Assembly (NCBI GenBank): GCA_963847705.1
Contig: CAWKBC010000035.1
Coordinates: 32,001 to 96,000, forward strand
Length of the DNA stretch: 64,000 bases
Direction: 5' to 3'
Origin: an uncultured Pseudomonadota bacterium
GTDB lineage: Bacteria > Myxococcota_A > Polyangia > Fen-1088
The translations under genes and the position numbers were made by a program. This document shows positions 8,973 to 17,471 of the stretch, piece after piece. The notes under the pieces are model-generated. The model searched no databases and was not told the origin of the DNA. It saw only the letters and a program-made list of their open reading frames with translations. Positions within the stretch are counted from its first letter, which is position 1. Each line of letters starts with the position of its first letter.

Positions 8973-10560
8973 ATGGAAATGAACGTTCAACTCTTCGACA
9001 GCACGTTGCGTGACGGCACGCAGAGCGAGGGTCTCTCCCTCTCCGTGGAGGACAAGCTCAAGATCTCGCGCCTGCTGGACGGCTTCGGCATCCACTACAT
9101 CGAGGGGGGCTACCCCGGGTCGAACCCGAAGGACGTCGAGTTCTTCCAGCGCGCCAAGTCGGTCACCTTCCGCCACGCCAAGCTGACCGCATTCGGGATG
9201 ACCCGCAAGCCGGGCGGGCGCGCCGACAGCGATCCGATCCTGGCGGCGATGGTGGCCGCCGAGACCCCCGCGGTCGCCGTGGTCGGAAAGACCTGGACGT
9301 TGCACGTCACCAAGATCGTCGGCACCACGCTGGAAGAGAACCTGGCGATGGTCGCGGACAGCGTCGCCTTCCTCAAGCAGAAGGGGCGCGAGGTGGTGTT
9401 CGACTGCGAGCACTTCTTCGACGGCTTCCGCGCCGATCCCGACTACGCGCTGGCGGTGGTCAAGGCCGCCTCGGCGGCGGGGGCCGACTGGATCGCCATG
9501 TGCGACACCAACGGCGGCAGCCTGCCGGGGACGATCACCGAGGTGGTTGGCGCGGTCAAACGGGCGGTCCTCACCCCGCTCGGGATTCACACCCACAATG
9601 ACTGCGACGTGGCGGTGGCCAACGCCTTCGCCGGGATCGAGGCCGGCTGTACCCAGGTGCAGGGGACGATGAACGGCTGGGGCGAGCGGTGCGGGAACGC
9701 CAATTTGATCTCGGTCATCGCCGGGCTGCAACTGAAGATGGGCCGGCGCTGCGTGCCGGAGGAGAACCTGGCCCGCCTCACCGAGCTCTCGCGGGCGGTC
9801 AGCGAGATCGCCAACATTCGCCCGCGCGCGCACGCCCCCTACGTGGGTCACTCGGCGTTCGCGCACAAAGGGGGGATGCACGTCGCCGCGGTGGAGAAGA
9901 TCCCCGCCAGCTACGAGCACATCGTCCCCGAGCGGGTCGGCAATCGGCGCCACATCGTCGTCTCGGAGCTGTCGGGGCGCGGCAACGTCCGCATGCGCGC
10001 CGGGGAGCTGGGAATCGACGTGCAAGGGAACGAAAAGCGCGTCCTCGAGCACATCAAGGAGCTGGAGAGCCAGGGCTACCAGTTCGAGGCGGCCGAGGGG
10101 TCGTTCGAGCTGCTCGGGCGACGCAGCCAGCCAAGCTACGTGGCCCCCTTCGACGTCCTCGACCTGGTCGTCATCTCGGAGCGGCGCCGCGGCAACTCGA
10201 TGTTCGCCGAGGCGACCGTGAAGCTGAAGATCGGCAACGAGAATCGTCCACGAGGTCGCGGAGGGGTCCGGGCCGGTGCACGCGCTCGACGGGGCCTTCC
10301 ACAAGGCGTTGAACCCTCACTTTCCGACGCTGCGCGACGTTCGCCTGGCCGACTACAAGGTTCGAATCCTAGATCCTGACGCGGCGACCAGCGCCAAGAC
10401 GCGCGTCCTCATCGAGGCGGCGCGCGGCGAGGAGCGCTGGAGCACCATCGGCGTGTCGCAGAACATCATCGAGGCCAGCGCCACAGCCCTGGCGGACGCT
10501 CTGGAGTTGCCGCTGGCCCGCCTCGCCTCCGCCCGGATTCCCGAGAGTGCCGCCGGCTGA
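8973..10560 (+). CDS. cimA: Citramalate synthase-like (LeuA/CimA family); +1 frameshift near 10242
   Basis: DSTLRDGTQ, IEGGYPGSNPKD, HTHND, GERCGN, AHKGGMH; removing one A at 10242-10243 joins the C-terminal domain (GPVHALD, DYKVRIL, TRVLIE, NIIEAS). Confidence 0.85.
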
Positions 10561-10639
10561 ATGCGCGGTTCCGGGGAAGAAAATGGTCAGCACTCCGTTG
10601 GTTGATTGGTTAGAATTCCAATACCACGGGGGAGCTCAA

Positions 10640-10795
10640 ATGGACGCCAACAAGAACCAGACCACCGACACCAAAGACACCATCATCCCGACCGACGGCG
10701 CGCCAGCGCCCGCGACCGGAGATGACGCCGAGTTCAAGATCGAGATCCGGAAGCTGGAAGTTCCGGTCCGCCCGCGCGGCGTCCTGGCAGAATAG
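10640..10795 (+). CDS. Putative RiPP-type precursor peptide 2 (51 aa, MDANK...EFKIEIRKLEVPVRPRGVLAE)
   Basis: GGGGGAG RBS, upstream TAGAAT (10611-10616); paralog of 5746-5907. Confidence 0.82.
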   Translation: MDANKNQTTDTKDTIIPTDGAPAPATGDDAEFKIEIRKLEVPVRPRGVLAE

Positions 10796-10809
10796 TCGCC
10801 TCGATCTCA

Positions 10810-10834
10810 CGCGGGATCCTCAAGGGATCCCGCG
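10810..10834. terminator. 10-bp stem hairpin between convergent genes (REP-like family member)
   Basis: CGCGGGATCC-TCAAG-GGATCCCGCG. Confidence 0.65.
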
Positions 10835-10849
10835 CCCTCGCAACACGCG

Positions 10850-12538
10850 TCAGTCCGCGCGCTCGATCCGGAGTGCTCCGCGGGAATTTCGAAACGGGGC
10901 GAACGCAGCGTGAAGCTTGCGCCGCTGGATCTTGCCGGTGTGCGTGCGGGGAATCGGCGTCGTGCCGTAGAGAATGATCTTGGGGCGCGCGTCGAGCGGC
11001 ATCTCGCCCACCACCTTGGTGAGGCGGGCGCGCAGCTCGTCGGCGAGCTCTTCATTCTCGAGGTAGAGGCCGATCTCCTCGCCGTGAACGTCGTGCGGAA
11101 ATCCGAGCGCGACCAGCCGGCCCTCGATCTCCGGCAGCTCGGTCACGATCCGCCGCTCGATCGCCAAAGGGCTGAACTTGTCGCCGTCCCGGATGATCGT
11201 CTCCTTGATCCGTCCGGTGATGAAGAACGCCGGCCCGCCCGCCGAGGCTTGGGGCTCGCCGGCTTGCTGTCCGCCTGCGGAGGCGAGGGGCCCGCCCGCG
11301 GAGCCTCGAGGCTGGCCTGCCTGCTGAAAGAAACCCTCGTCGCCCGTCCGCAGCCAGCCGTCTGCCCCGAGCGTCGCCGCCGTCGCGCCTTCATCACGAA
11401 AGTAAGACAGCATGGTGCTGTGGCCGCGCACGCACAGCTCGCCGCGCTGGTCGGCCGGCAGCGTCGCCCCATCGGCGCCGACGACCTTCACCTCGGTCCC
11501 CGGCAGCGGGCTCCCGATGCAGGTCAGCTCTCCGCCGTAAAGGAGCCGCCGTCGTTCATCCTCGGCCAGATCGGCCGGAAGGCAGCAGGCGAAGTTGGTG
11601 TACTCGGACAGCCCCCAACCTTGCAGCAGACGGAGGTTGGTCTTCTCCTCGAAGGCGCGGGCCAGACTCACGGTCAGGGGCGCCGACGAGACGAGAACTG
11701 CGCGCAGCGTCGGGAGCTTCTCGGCGCGGACGCCGAGCTGCAGGAGAGGCTGCAGCAGCGTCGGGACCACGCTGGTCAAGGTGACCGACTCGACCCGGAG
11801 GACCTCGCCCCAGGCGAACGGATCGAACCGCTCCATGAAGACGAGGTGCCCGCCGGTGGTCAGCGTGGTCATCAGGCCGAACCCCAGCGCGTGCGCGTGG
11901 TAGAGCGGCAGCACCGCCAGCTGCGTCTCGTCCTCGAAGCGAAAATTGAGCGCCATGCTCCAGGCGTTGGCGAGCAGGCTCCCTTGCCCCAGCGCGACGC
12001 CTTTGGGATTCCCGGTGGTCCCGGAGGTGTAAAGGACGATCGCCATCTGCTTCTCCAGCGACCTCGCGGCCGCGGGCGCCGCCGCCGCGGGAGGCGGTGA
12101 CGCGCCGCCGCCGCCGGCATCGGGCACCGTCTCGTCCTCGAAGGCACAGACGACGGCGGGACGGGCCACCAGCCAATCGAGCAGCTCACGCGCGCCGAAG
12201 ACGAGACGCGCCTCCGAGTGCGCCAGGATGTAGTCCCAGTCCGCGGGCGGCGTCGTTGGATTGAGCGGGACGACGGCGGCGCCGAGCTGCATGGCTGCCA
12301 GAAAGAGCGCTGGGACCTCCAGCCGATTGGGCGAGAGGACCGCGACGCAATCTCCCTGCCGCACGCCGAGCTCGTCCCTCAGCCGGCGCGTGAATCGCTC
12401 GACAGCGCCGAGCAGCTCCCCGTAGGTCCAGTGCCCCGCGCGTGTCTTGCCTTTGTAAAAGGTGAGCGCCGGCCGTCCCGCAGGGAGGCGGGCGAGACCG
12501 TCCAGCAGGGCGGGGATGTCCTCGAAGCGTGTCGTCAT
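10850..12538 (-). CDS. AMP-dependent acyl-CoA/acyl-ACP ligase (ANL superfamily)
   Basis: YTSGTTGNPKG, GWGLSE, RTGD, GRIKE, PRTHTGKIQR. Confidence 0.92.
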   Translation of the reverse strand: MTTRFEDIPALLDGLARLPAGRPALTFYKGKTRAGHWTYGELLGAVERFTRRLRDELGVRQGDCVAVLSPNRLEVPALFLAAMQLGAAVVPLNPTTPPADWDYILAHSEARLVFGARELLDWLVARPAVVCAFEDETVPDAGGGGASPPPAAAAPAAARSLEKQMAIVLYTSGTTGNPKGVALGQGSLLANAWSMALNFRFEDETQLAVLPLYHAHALGFGLMTTLTTGGHLVFMERFDPFAWGEVLRVESVTLTSVVPTLLQPLLQLGVRAEKLPTLRAVLVSSAPLTVSLARAFEEKTNLRLLQGWGLSEYTNFACCLPADLAEDERRRLLYGGELTCIGSPLPGTEVKVVGADGATLPADQRGELCVRGHSTMLSYFRDEGATAATLGADGWLRTGDEGFFQQAGQPRGSAGGPLASAGGQQAGEPQASAGGPAFFITGRIKETIIRDGDKFSPLAIERRIVTELPEIEGRLVALGFPHDVHGEEIGLYLENEELADELRARLTKVVGEMPLDARPKIILYGTTPIPRTHTGKIQRRKLHAAFAPFRNSRGALRIERAD

Positions 12539-13137
12539 CGTCTCATCACCGCGCGGGCCCGAACGCGTAGGCGTAGGAGGCCTGAATCCGCTCCGAGAGG
12601 ACGCTCAGAATCCTCCATCGAGTTTCTCCAGTCGATGTCGGGCGCCGCCTCTTCCAGCGTGGTGACGCCGAAGTAGAGCGGTTGGAAGCCCATCTTGACG
12701 TAGGCCTTGGCGTAGTCGGCGGCGACGGCCATCTCGTCGTCGAACACGGCCGCCCGGTGGCCGAGGCCAGGATAGTTGGACTTGGCGAACAATCCGACCT
12801 TACCGGCGTCGTTCCAGTGCAGCGCCACGCAGTGGCCGCACTCCTCGCCCGACACGGGATCGATGCGATGGATGGCCAGGAGGCGCCGTTTGACGTCGCC
12901 GAAGAGAAGCTCCAGCAGCCCGTAGGCGAGGATGGCGGAGTCGATGCAGGTGATCTTGGGGGCGTGCAGGGACGACCGGACCGACTGCACGCGGTAAGCG
13001 GTCCGCCAGTCCTCCAGATAGCCGATTCCGTCCAGCACGCGCCGGATGTCCTCTGGCGACTCGAACGGCCCGCCGCCGCCGAGCTCCCGAATGCGGCGGA
13101 ACTCGGCCTCTCCGTACGTGAGCGGCCCTGAGGACAA
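12535..13137 (-). CDS. Transglutaminase/papain-like Cys-His protein, possible peptidase; probable +1 error near 12609 (corrected stop at 12546)
   Basis: CIDSAILA...GHCVALHW...AKSNYPGL; tightly linked to the HDO and ligase genes. Confidence 0.55.
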   Translation of the reverse strand: MSSGPLTYGEAEFRRIRELGGGGPFESPEDIRRVLDGIGYLEDWRTAYRVQSVRSSLHAPKITCIDSAILAYGLLELLFGDVKRRLLAIHRIDPVSGEECGHCVALHWNDAGKVGLFAKSNYPGLGHRAAVFDDEMAVAADYAKAYVKMGFQPLYFGVTTLEEAAPDIDWRNSMEDSERPLGADSGLLRLRVRARAVMRR

Positions 13138-13146
13138 GCCCGCGGC

Positions 13147-14145
13147 CTACTCGGAGAGCAGATCGCTCGGCGCGCGCGGCATGGTCGGGAAGCGGGCGTA
13201 GAAGGTGTCGATTCCGTCCATGAAGAGATAGAGGTGCTCGGCCATCGAGCGGACGATGTTGAGCGCGTCGTCCACCTCGGCCCGCGTGAGCGGCGGAATG
13301 CTCTGGCACATCTCCAGGAAGACGTTCTCGTGCCCGAGCTTCTGGTCGGCGTTGGTGTGCGCGATGAAGGAGTCGATCACCTTGTCGGTGTACGGGTAGT
13401 GCTTGCGCATCGCCGCGTAGAAGTCGTCGATCGAGCTGGCGTCCTTGTCGTCGCCGGTGTTCTCGGTCATCTGCAGGAGCTCGTTCCCGGCGTAGTAGCC
13501 GAACGAGTTGCGCCCGGCCGACTCGCTGAGGAAGTTCACCAGCGCGCGCGTGCTCGGCAGCGGCTGCGCCCGCAGCACGGTGTCGTCCGGGAAGAGGCTG
13601 CGCAGCCCCTTGCGGTAGATGTCGCCGTGGTTGTACTCCTCGATGAAGTGCCGCGCGAGGTGCGGCATCATCTCGGGCGTGGCGTTGGCGGCCGCGATGG
13701 CCATGTGCTCGAACGCCCCCTCGATGTAGTGGTACTTCTCGAAGGCGAACCCCAGCACCTGCGCGCGCGAAGCCTTGCCGGTCACGATCTTCTCCCACAG
13801 CGGGTGGTCGTAGATCGGCTGCAGCCAGTGGGTCACGTACTTGCGGTGGATCTCGTAGAACTGCTCGCCGGAGATCCGCTCACCGTCGTCGTCCTTGAAC
13901 GCCAGCACGCCGGTCTGACCGAGCTGCTGCGAGAGCGACTGGACCCGCTTGGGTGACTCCGCGATCCGCTCGGCGATGCTCCCCACGCCGGTGGAGCCGT
14001 CGAGATAAGGCAGCATCTTGTCGAGCAGCCGCGCGGCCGCCCCCTCGAGCAAGACCTCTTGACCCATGTACTCGATGGCCAGCTTGTCGGCGTCACGTCG
14101 CACGACCTTGGCCGTGCGCTTCAGAACAGGTAATTGCGTCTGCAT
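13147..14145 (-). CDS. Heme-oxygenase-like diiron oxidase (PqqC/TenA/CADD fold) with N-terminal RRE-like domain
   Basis: HPLW, EKYHY, HFIEEYNH, GNE, HTNADQKLGH ligand pattern; about 85-aa N-terminal beta/wHTH-like extension. Confidence 0.75.
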   Translation of the reverse strand: MQTQLPVLKRTAKVVRRDADKLAIEYMGQEVLLEGAAARLLDKMLPYLDGSTGVGSIAERIAESPKRVQSLSQQLGQTGVLAFKDDDGERISGEQFYEIHRKYVTHWLQPIYDHPLWEKIVTGKASRAQVLGFAFEKYHYIEGAFEHMAIAAANATPEMMPHLARHFIEEYNHGDIYRKGLRSLFPDDTVLRAQPLPSTRALVNFLSESAGRNSFGYYAGNELLQMTENTGDDKDASSIDDFYAAMRKHYPYTDKVIDSFIAHTNADQKLGHENVFLEMCQSIPPLTRAEVDDALNIVRSMAEHLYLFMDGIDTFYARFPTMPRAPSDLLSE

Positions 14146-14157
14146 GGGGTCCCCTTA

Positions 14158-15153
14158 CTAATCGAGCAACTTGCTGAACTTCGGCCGCGGCATCGGGTTC
14201 GACTCGACGCCGTAGTACTTCTCGATGCTGTCCGTCCAGAGCCAGATGTGCTCGATGAGCTGGTGGCCGTACTCGAGGACGCGCCCGGCGCGCGTAGCCG
14301 GGATCTCCTTGACGGTGCTGAGGATGTCGAGGAACAGATCGGAGTGCTGGTACTGCACGTCCAGGTCGAGGTGCGCGTAGATGGGCGCGATTGACTCCGG
14401 CGGCAGCTTGTAAAGCTCGGCGCACTTTTCGTAGTACGGGTTGTAGGCGCCGCGGTTGACGGTGGTCCCCTCGAGAACTGCCGAGCAGATCGAGTAGGCG
14501 AGGATGTCTTCACGGGCGGCCTGGCGCATGAAGTTCGACAGCGCCAGCGACATGGGAAGCGGGACCGAGTTGATCACGCTCTCCTCGCTGAAGCCGAGCG
14601 CCTTGAGCGCCTTGAGGAAGTAGTGGTAGTGGTTCCACTCCTCCGCGTAGTGCTTGGCGCGCATGTTCTTGATCGACTTCTCCTTGGTGTGAGCACAGGA
14701 GAGCGGCATGTGGCGGTTGGCGTTCCGCGTGTAGTGATAGAGCTCGATGAGCCACCCCGAGTACATGCGGCGCGAGCCGTTCCCGCTGGTCATCCGCTCC
14801 CAGAACGGATGCGAGAACGCCTCGTCGAGCCAGCTCGGCAAGATCTTGTTGAAGAGCGTGTGGAGCTCGACGCCGCTCAACGTCGCCGGAACCGCGTCCT
14901 GGCGATAGAGGAGACCGGCGCTCTCCAGCGCCTTCGTCAGCCGGCCGAGGCGCGCCTCGTCCATCCCCAGATCGGCCGCGATCTCCTTCTGCGACTGGAC
15001 GCTCGGAACCCGCTCCGCCAACTTTTCGTAAAGGGCAAACTCACGGTTGCCGAGCTGGACCTCGCGGTCGCTCAGTCTGACGGATACGCTGTCCCCCTTC
15101 GGAGCCGCCTCATAGACTCTCCGAACCCCAAATTCTTGACCCATGGTTGCCAT
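14158..15153 (-). CDS. Heme-oxygenase-like diiron oxidase (PqqC/TenA/CADD fold) with N-terminal RRE-like domain
   Basis: HPFW, ELYHY, HYAEEWNH, LEG, HLDLDVQYQH; N-terminal IAADLGMDEARLGRLTKALESAGLL wHTH-like segment. Confidence 0.75.
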   Translation of the reverse strand: MATMGQEFGVRRVYEAAPKGDSVSVRLSDREVQLGNREFALYEKLAERVPSVQSQKEIAADLGMDEARLGRLTKALESAGLLYRQDAVPATLSGVELHTLFNKILPSWLDEAFSHPFWERMTSGNGSRRMYSGWLIELYHYTRNANRHMPLSCAHTKEKSIKNMRAKHYAEEWNHYHYFLKALKALGFSEESVINSVPLPMSLALSNFMRQAAREDILAYSICSAVLEGTTVNRGAYNPYYEKCAELYKLPPESIAPIYAHLDLDVQYQHSDLFLDILSTVKEIPATRAGRVLEYGHQLIEHIWLWTDSIEKYYGVESNPMPRPKFSKLLD

Positions 15154-15159
15154 CTCTAA

Positions 15160-15189
15160 ACGTTACAGCATCGGCAGAATTCCGGTCAA
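15160..15189 (-). promoter_or_regulatory. Putative promoter of the HDO operon
   Basis: Minus-strand TTGACC-N18-TAACGT; the same TTGACCGG occurs upstream of peptide gene 1. Confidence 0.3.
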
Positions 15190-15207
15190 CCTGTGGAGAA
15201 GCGGAAT

Positions 15208-15807
15208 TCATCGAACAATTTTGAGGCGGGACTCCAAATCCCTCTTCACCTCCGGCCACTCCGCATCGAGGATGCTGTAATAGACCGAATCTCGAACCCT
15301 CCCGCTGGACGTGATCATGTGACTGCGCAGAGTGCCCTCTTCCCGGGCGCCGATTCGGCGGATGGCGGCGCGGGAGCGCTCGTTCAGGGCGTCGGTCTTG
15401 AGCTCGACGCGAATGCAGCCGAGAGTCTCGAAAGCATGCTGCAAAAGCAGGTACTTAGCCTCGGTATTGGCGGCGGTGCGCTGCCAGGCTCGCCCGAGCC
15501 AGGTCCAGCCGATCTCGACCCGGCGGTGCGCCGGTTCGATGGCGGCAAATCGGGTGCTGCCGATGGCCTGGCCGGTCGCCCTGTCGATGACGGCGAAGGG
15601 AAGGGCCCGGCCCGCCGTCCTCTCGGCGAGGGCGAACGTGATGTAGGCACCCATGTCGGCGGCCGTCTGGACCGGTTTGGGGGCCCATTGCCACAGAGCG
15701 GCATCCAGCCCGACGGCGCAAAGCGCCCCGTGGTGGGCCTCGGCGAGCGGCTCCAGCCGAATCCGCGCCCCCTCGAGCGTCGTCGCTGTCAACCCGGTCT
15801 CCTTCAT
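15208..15807 (-). CDS. GNAT N-acetyltransferase (RimJ/RimL family)
   Basis: LEGARIRLEPL, EIGWTW, NTEAKYLLL, RVELKTD..NERS; GGGAGG RBS. Confidence 0.9.
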   Translation of the reverse strand: MKETGLTATTLEGARIRLEPLAEAHHGALCAVGLDAALWQWAPKPVQTAADMGAYITFALAERTAGRALPFAVIDRATGQAIGSTRFAAIEPAHRRVEIGWTWLGRAWQRTAANTEAKYLLLQHAFETLGCIRVELKTDALNERSRAAIRRIGAREEGTLRSHMITSSGRVRDSVYYSILDAEWPEVKRDLESRLKIVR

Positions 15808-15840
15808 GCGAGCCTCCCTTTTTAACAGCTCATGCCATCC

Positions 15841-17364
15841 ATGAGATCCACCATCACCTCCCTCGGGCATTCCGGGCTGGACATCCGTCTTGGATCCGCC
15901 CGGATCGTCTGCGACCCCTGGCTCTCCCAGCGTGGCGCCTACCTCGCCAGCTGGCACCAGTTTCCCCGCAACGATCACCTGGTGGCGAGCGATCTGCACG
16001 ACACCCCGAACCTCTTCATCAGCAGCCCCCGTCCGGATCACTTCGACGTCGAGACGTTGCGCGGATTCCCCAGGACCGTGCGCGTCATCCTTCCCAGGCT
16101 GGCCTCCCCCACGCTGGCCCAGCAGGTGCGTGCGCTCGGGTTCAGCCAGGTCCTGGAGCTCGGCGATGGCGAGCCGGTCGACCTCGGGGAGGGCGCGCGG
16201 CTTTTTCTGTTGGCCTCGCGGGCCCAGCACCTCCTGGGCGCCGCGCTGGTGATCGAACGCGAGGGCCAGGTGATCGTCGATCAAAACGACTGCCCGCTGG
16301 ATGATGCGGCGCTCGACCGGATCGCGGCGTTGAAGCCGGCCGTCCACCTCCTTCAGTTCTCGGGCGCCTCTTACTTCCCCGCGGTCTACGACTTCTCGCC
16401 GGAGCGAATGAAGACGGAGGTCGAACGGGAGGTCGCTGTCATCGCGCGGCGTTTCTTCGACACGGCCACGCGGGCCGGCGCGCGCCACGTCGTCCCCTCG
16501 GGGGGCCCCCCCTGCTTCGTCGACGAACGCGGGTTCGAGCTGAACTTCGGGGGGAGCATCTTCTTCGACGCCGACGAGCTCCTGGCGCGCGCCGCGCGCG
16601 AGGCGCCGCAGCTCCGCGACCGGCTGCACCCCCTCTATCCCGGAGACGTCGCCGCGCGCGACGGCGGAGACTGGAGCTTCGCCGGCCACAGACCGTATGA
16701 CGACAAGCGCAGCTACCTCGCTGCCCACCGCGACCTGCGGGGCCCGGTGCGCCAGAGCTACCTGACCGAGCGGCGCGCGGAGGCGGAGCCGGTCGACAGC
16801 AAGGACTTCCGATCTTACTTGCGCGATTTCTTCCAGTTCGAGGACATGACCGCGGACCTGAGAACCATCATTCAGTTTCGCCTCACCGACGGGCCGTCGG
16901 TCTGGATCGACTTTCGAAAAAAGCCGTACCGCTACCTGACGGAGTGCGAGGAGCCGGCCGCTCACGTCCTGACCCTGGAGAGCGCCTGGGTGAGCCTGGT
17001 GTTGCAGGGGAAGCTGACCTGGCACGAGCTTCTGATGAGCCGGGAGGTGACCATCACGCGCGATCCCGATCGCGAGGTCCCCAAGCTGATGCAACACTTC
17101 GACTACCGTCACGACGAGGCGCTGTTCGATCTGGTGCGGCTCCTCGATCCCGCGCTCATCACGGTGCAGGACGAGCAGATGGAGTACGTCTGCCAGCGCT
17201 TCTGTCCTCATCGCGGGCGCGACCTCGAGTACGCGGTCATCGAGCGCGGCGTGCTCACCTGCACCGCCCACGGCTGGCGGTTCGATCTCCGAAAGGGGGG
17301 GCGCTGCCTCTGGGGCGGTGAGACGCCGCTGCTGGTGAAAGAGATTCGCCCGCTCAGCCGGTAG
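15841..17364 (+). CDS. MBL-fold protein with C-terminal Rieske domain (CMP-Neu5Ac hydroxylase-like)
   Basis: GHSG, CDPW, degenerate SSPRPDH; Rieske CPH...CTAHGWRF. Confidence 0.75.
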   Translation: MRSTITSLGHSGLDIRLGSARIVCDPWLSQRGAYLASWHQFPRNDHLVASDLHDTPNLFISSPRPDHFDVETLRGFPRTVRVILPRLASPTLAQQVRALGFSQVLELGDGEPVDLGEGARLFLLASRAQHLLGAALVIEREGQVIVDQNDCPLDDAALDRIAALKPAVHLLQFSGASYFPAVYDFSPERMKTEVEREVAVIARRFFDTATRAGARHVVPSGGPPCFVDERGFELNFGGSIFFDADELLARAAREAPQLRDRLHPLYPGDVAARDGGDWSFAGHRPYDDKRSYLAAHRDLRGPVRQSYLTERRAEAEPVDSKDFRSYLRDFFQFEDMTADLRTIIQFRLTDGPSVWIDFRKKPYRYLTECEEPAAHVLTLESAWVSLVLQGKLTWHELLMSREVTITRDPDREVPKLMQHFDYRHDEALFDLVRLLDPALITVQDEQMEYVCQRFCPHRGRDLEYAVIERGVLTCTAHGWRFDLRKGGRCLWGGETPLLVKEIRPLSR

Positions 17365-17471
17365 CGGCCGCTGCCGTCTGCAAGGGGGTTGGTCGGCGAC
17401 GGCAAGAGGCGGTAGATTCGCTCCGTCCCGAGACGAGAGCGCCGCGTGATCCGCCCAGACAAAAGGTTCGT

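Noticed and set aside
8973-10560. Genuine cimA pseudogene or programmed frameshift
   Set aside because: No slippery sequence or other decay; the same GATC-linked extra A appears at 12609, favouring a sequencing error (unproven).
13147-15153. PQQ biosynthesis or TenA thiamine salvage
   Set aside because: No ExxxY PqqA-like peptide, no linked PqqE/PqqB and no thiamine genes; both proteins have extra N-terminal domains.
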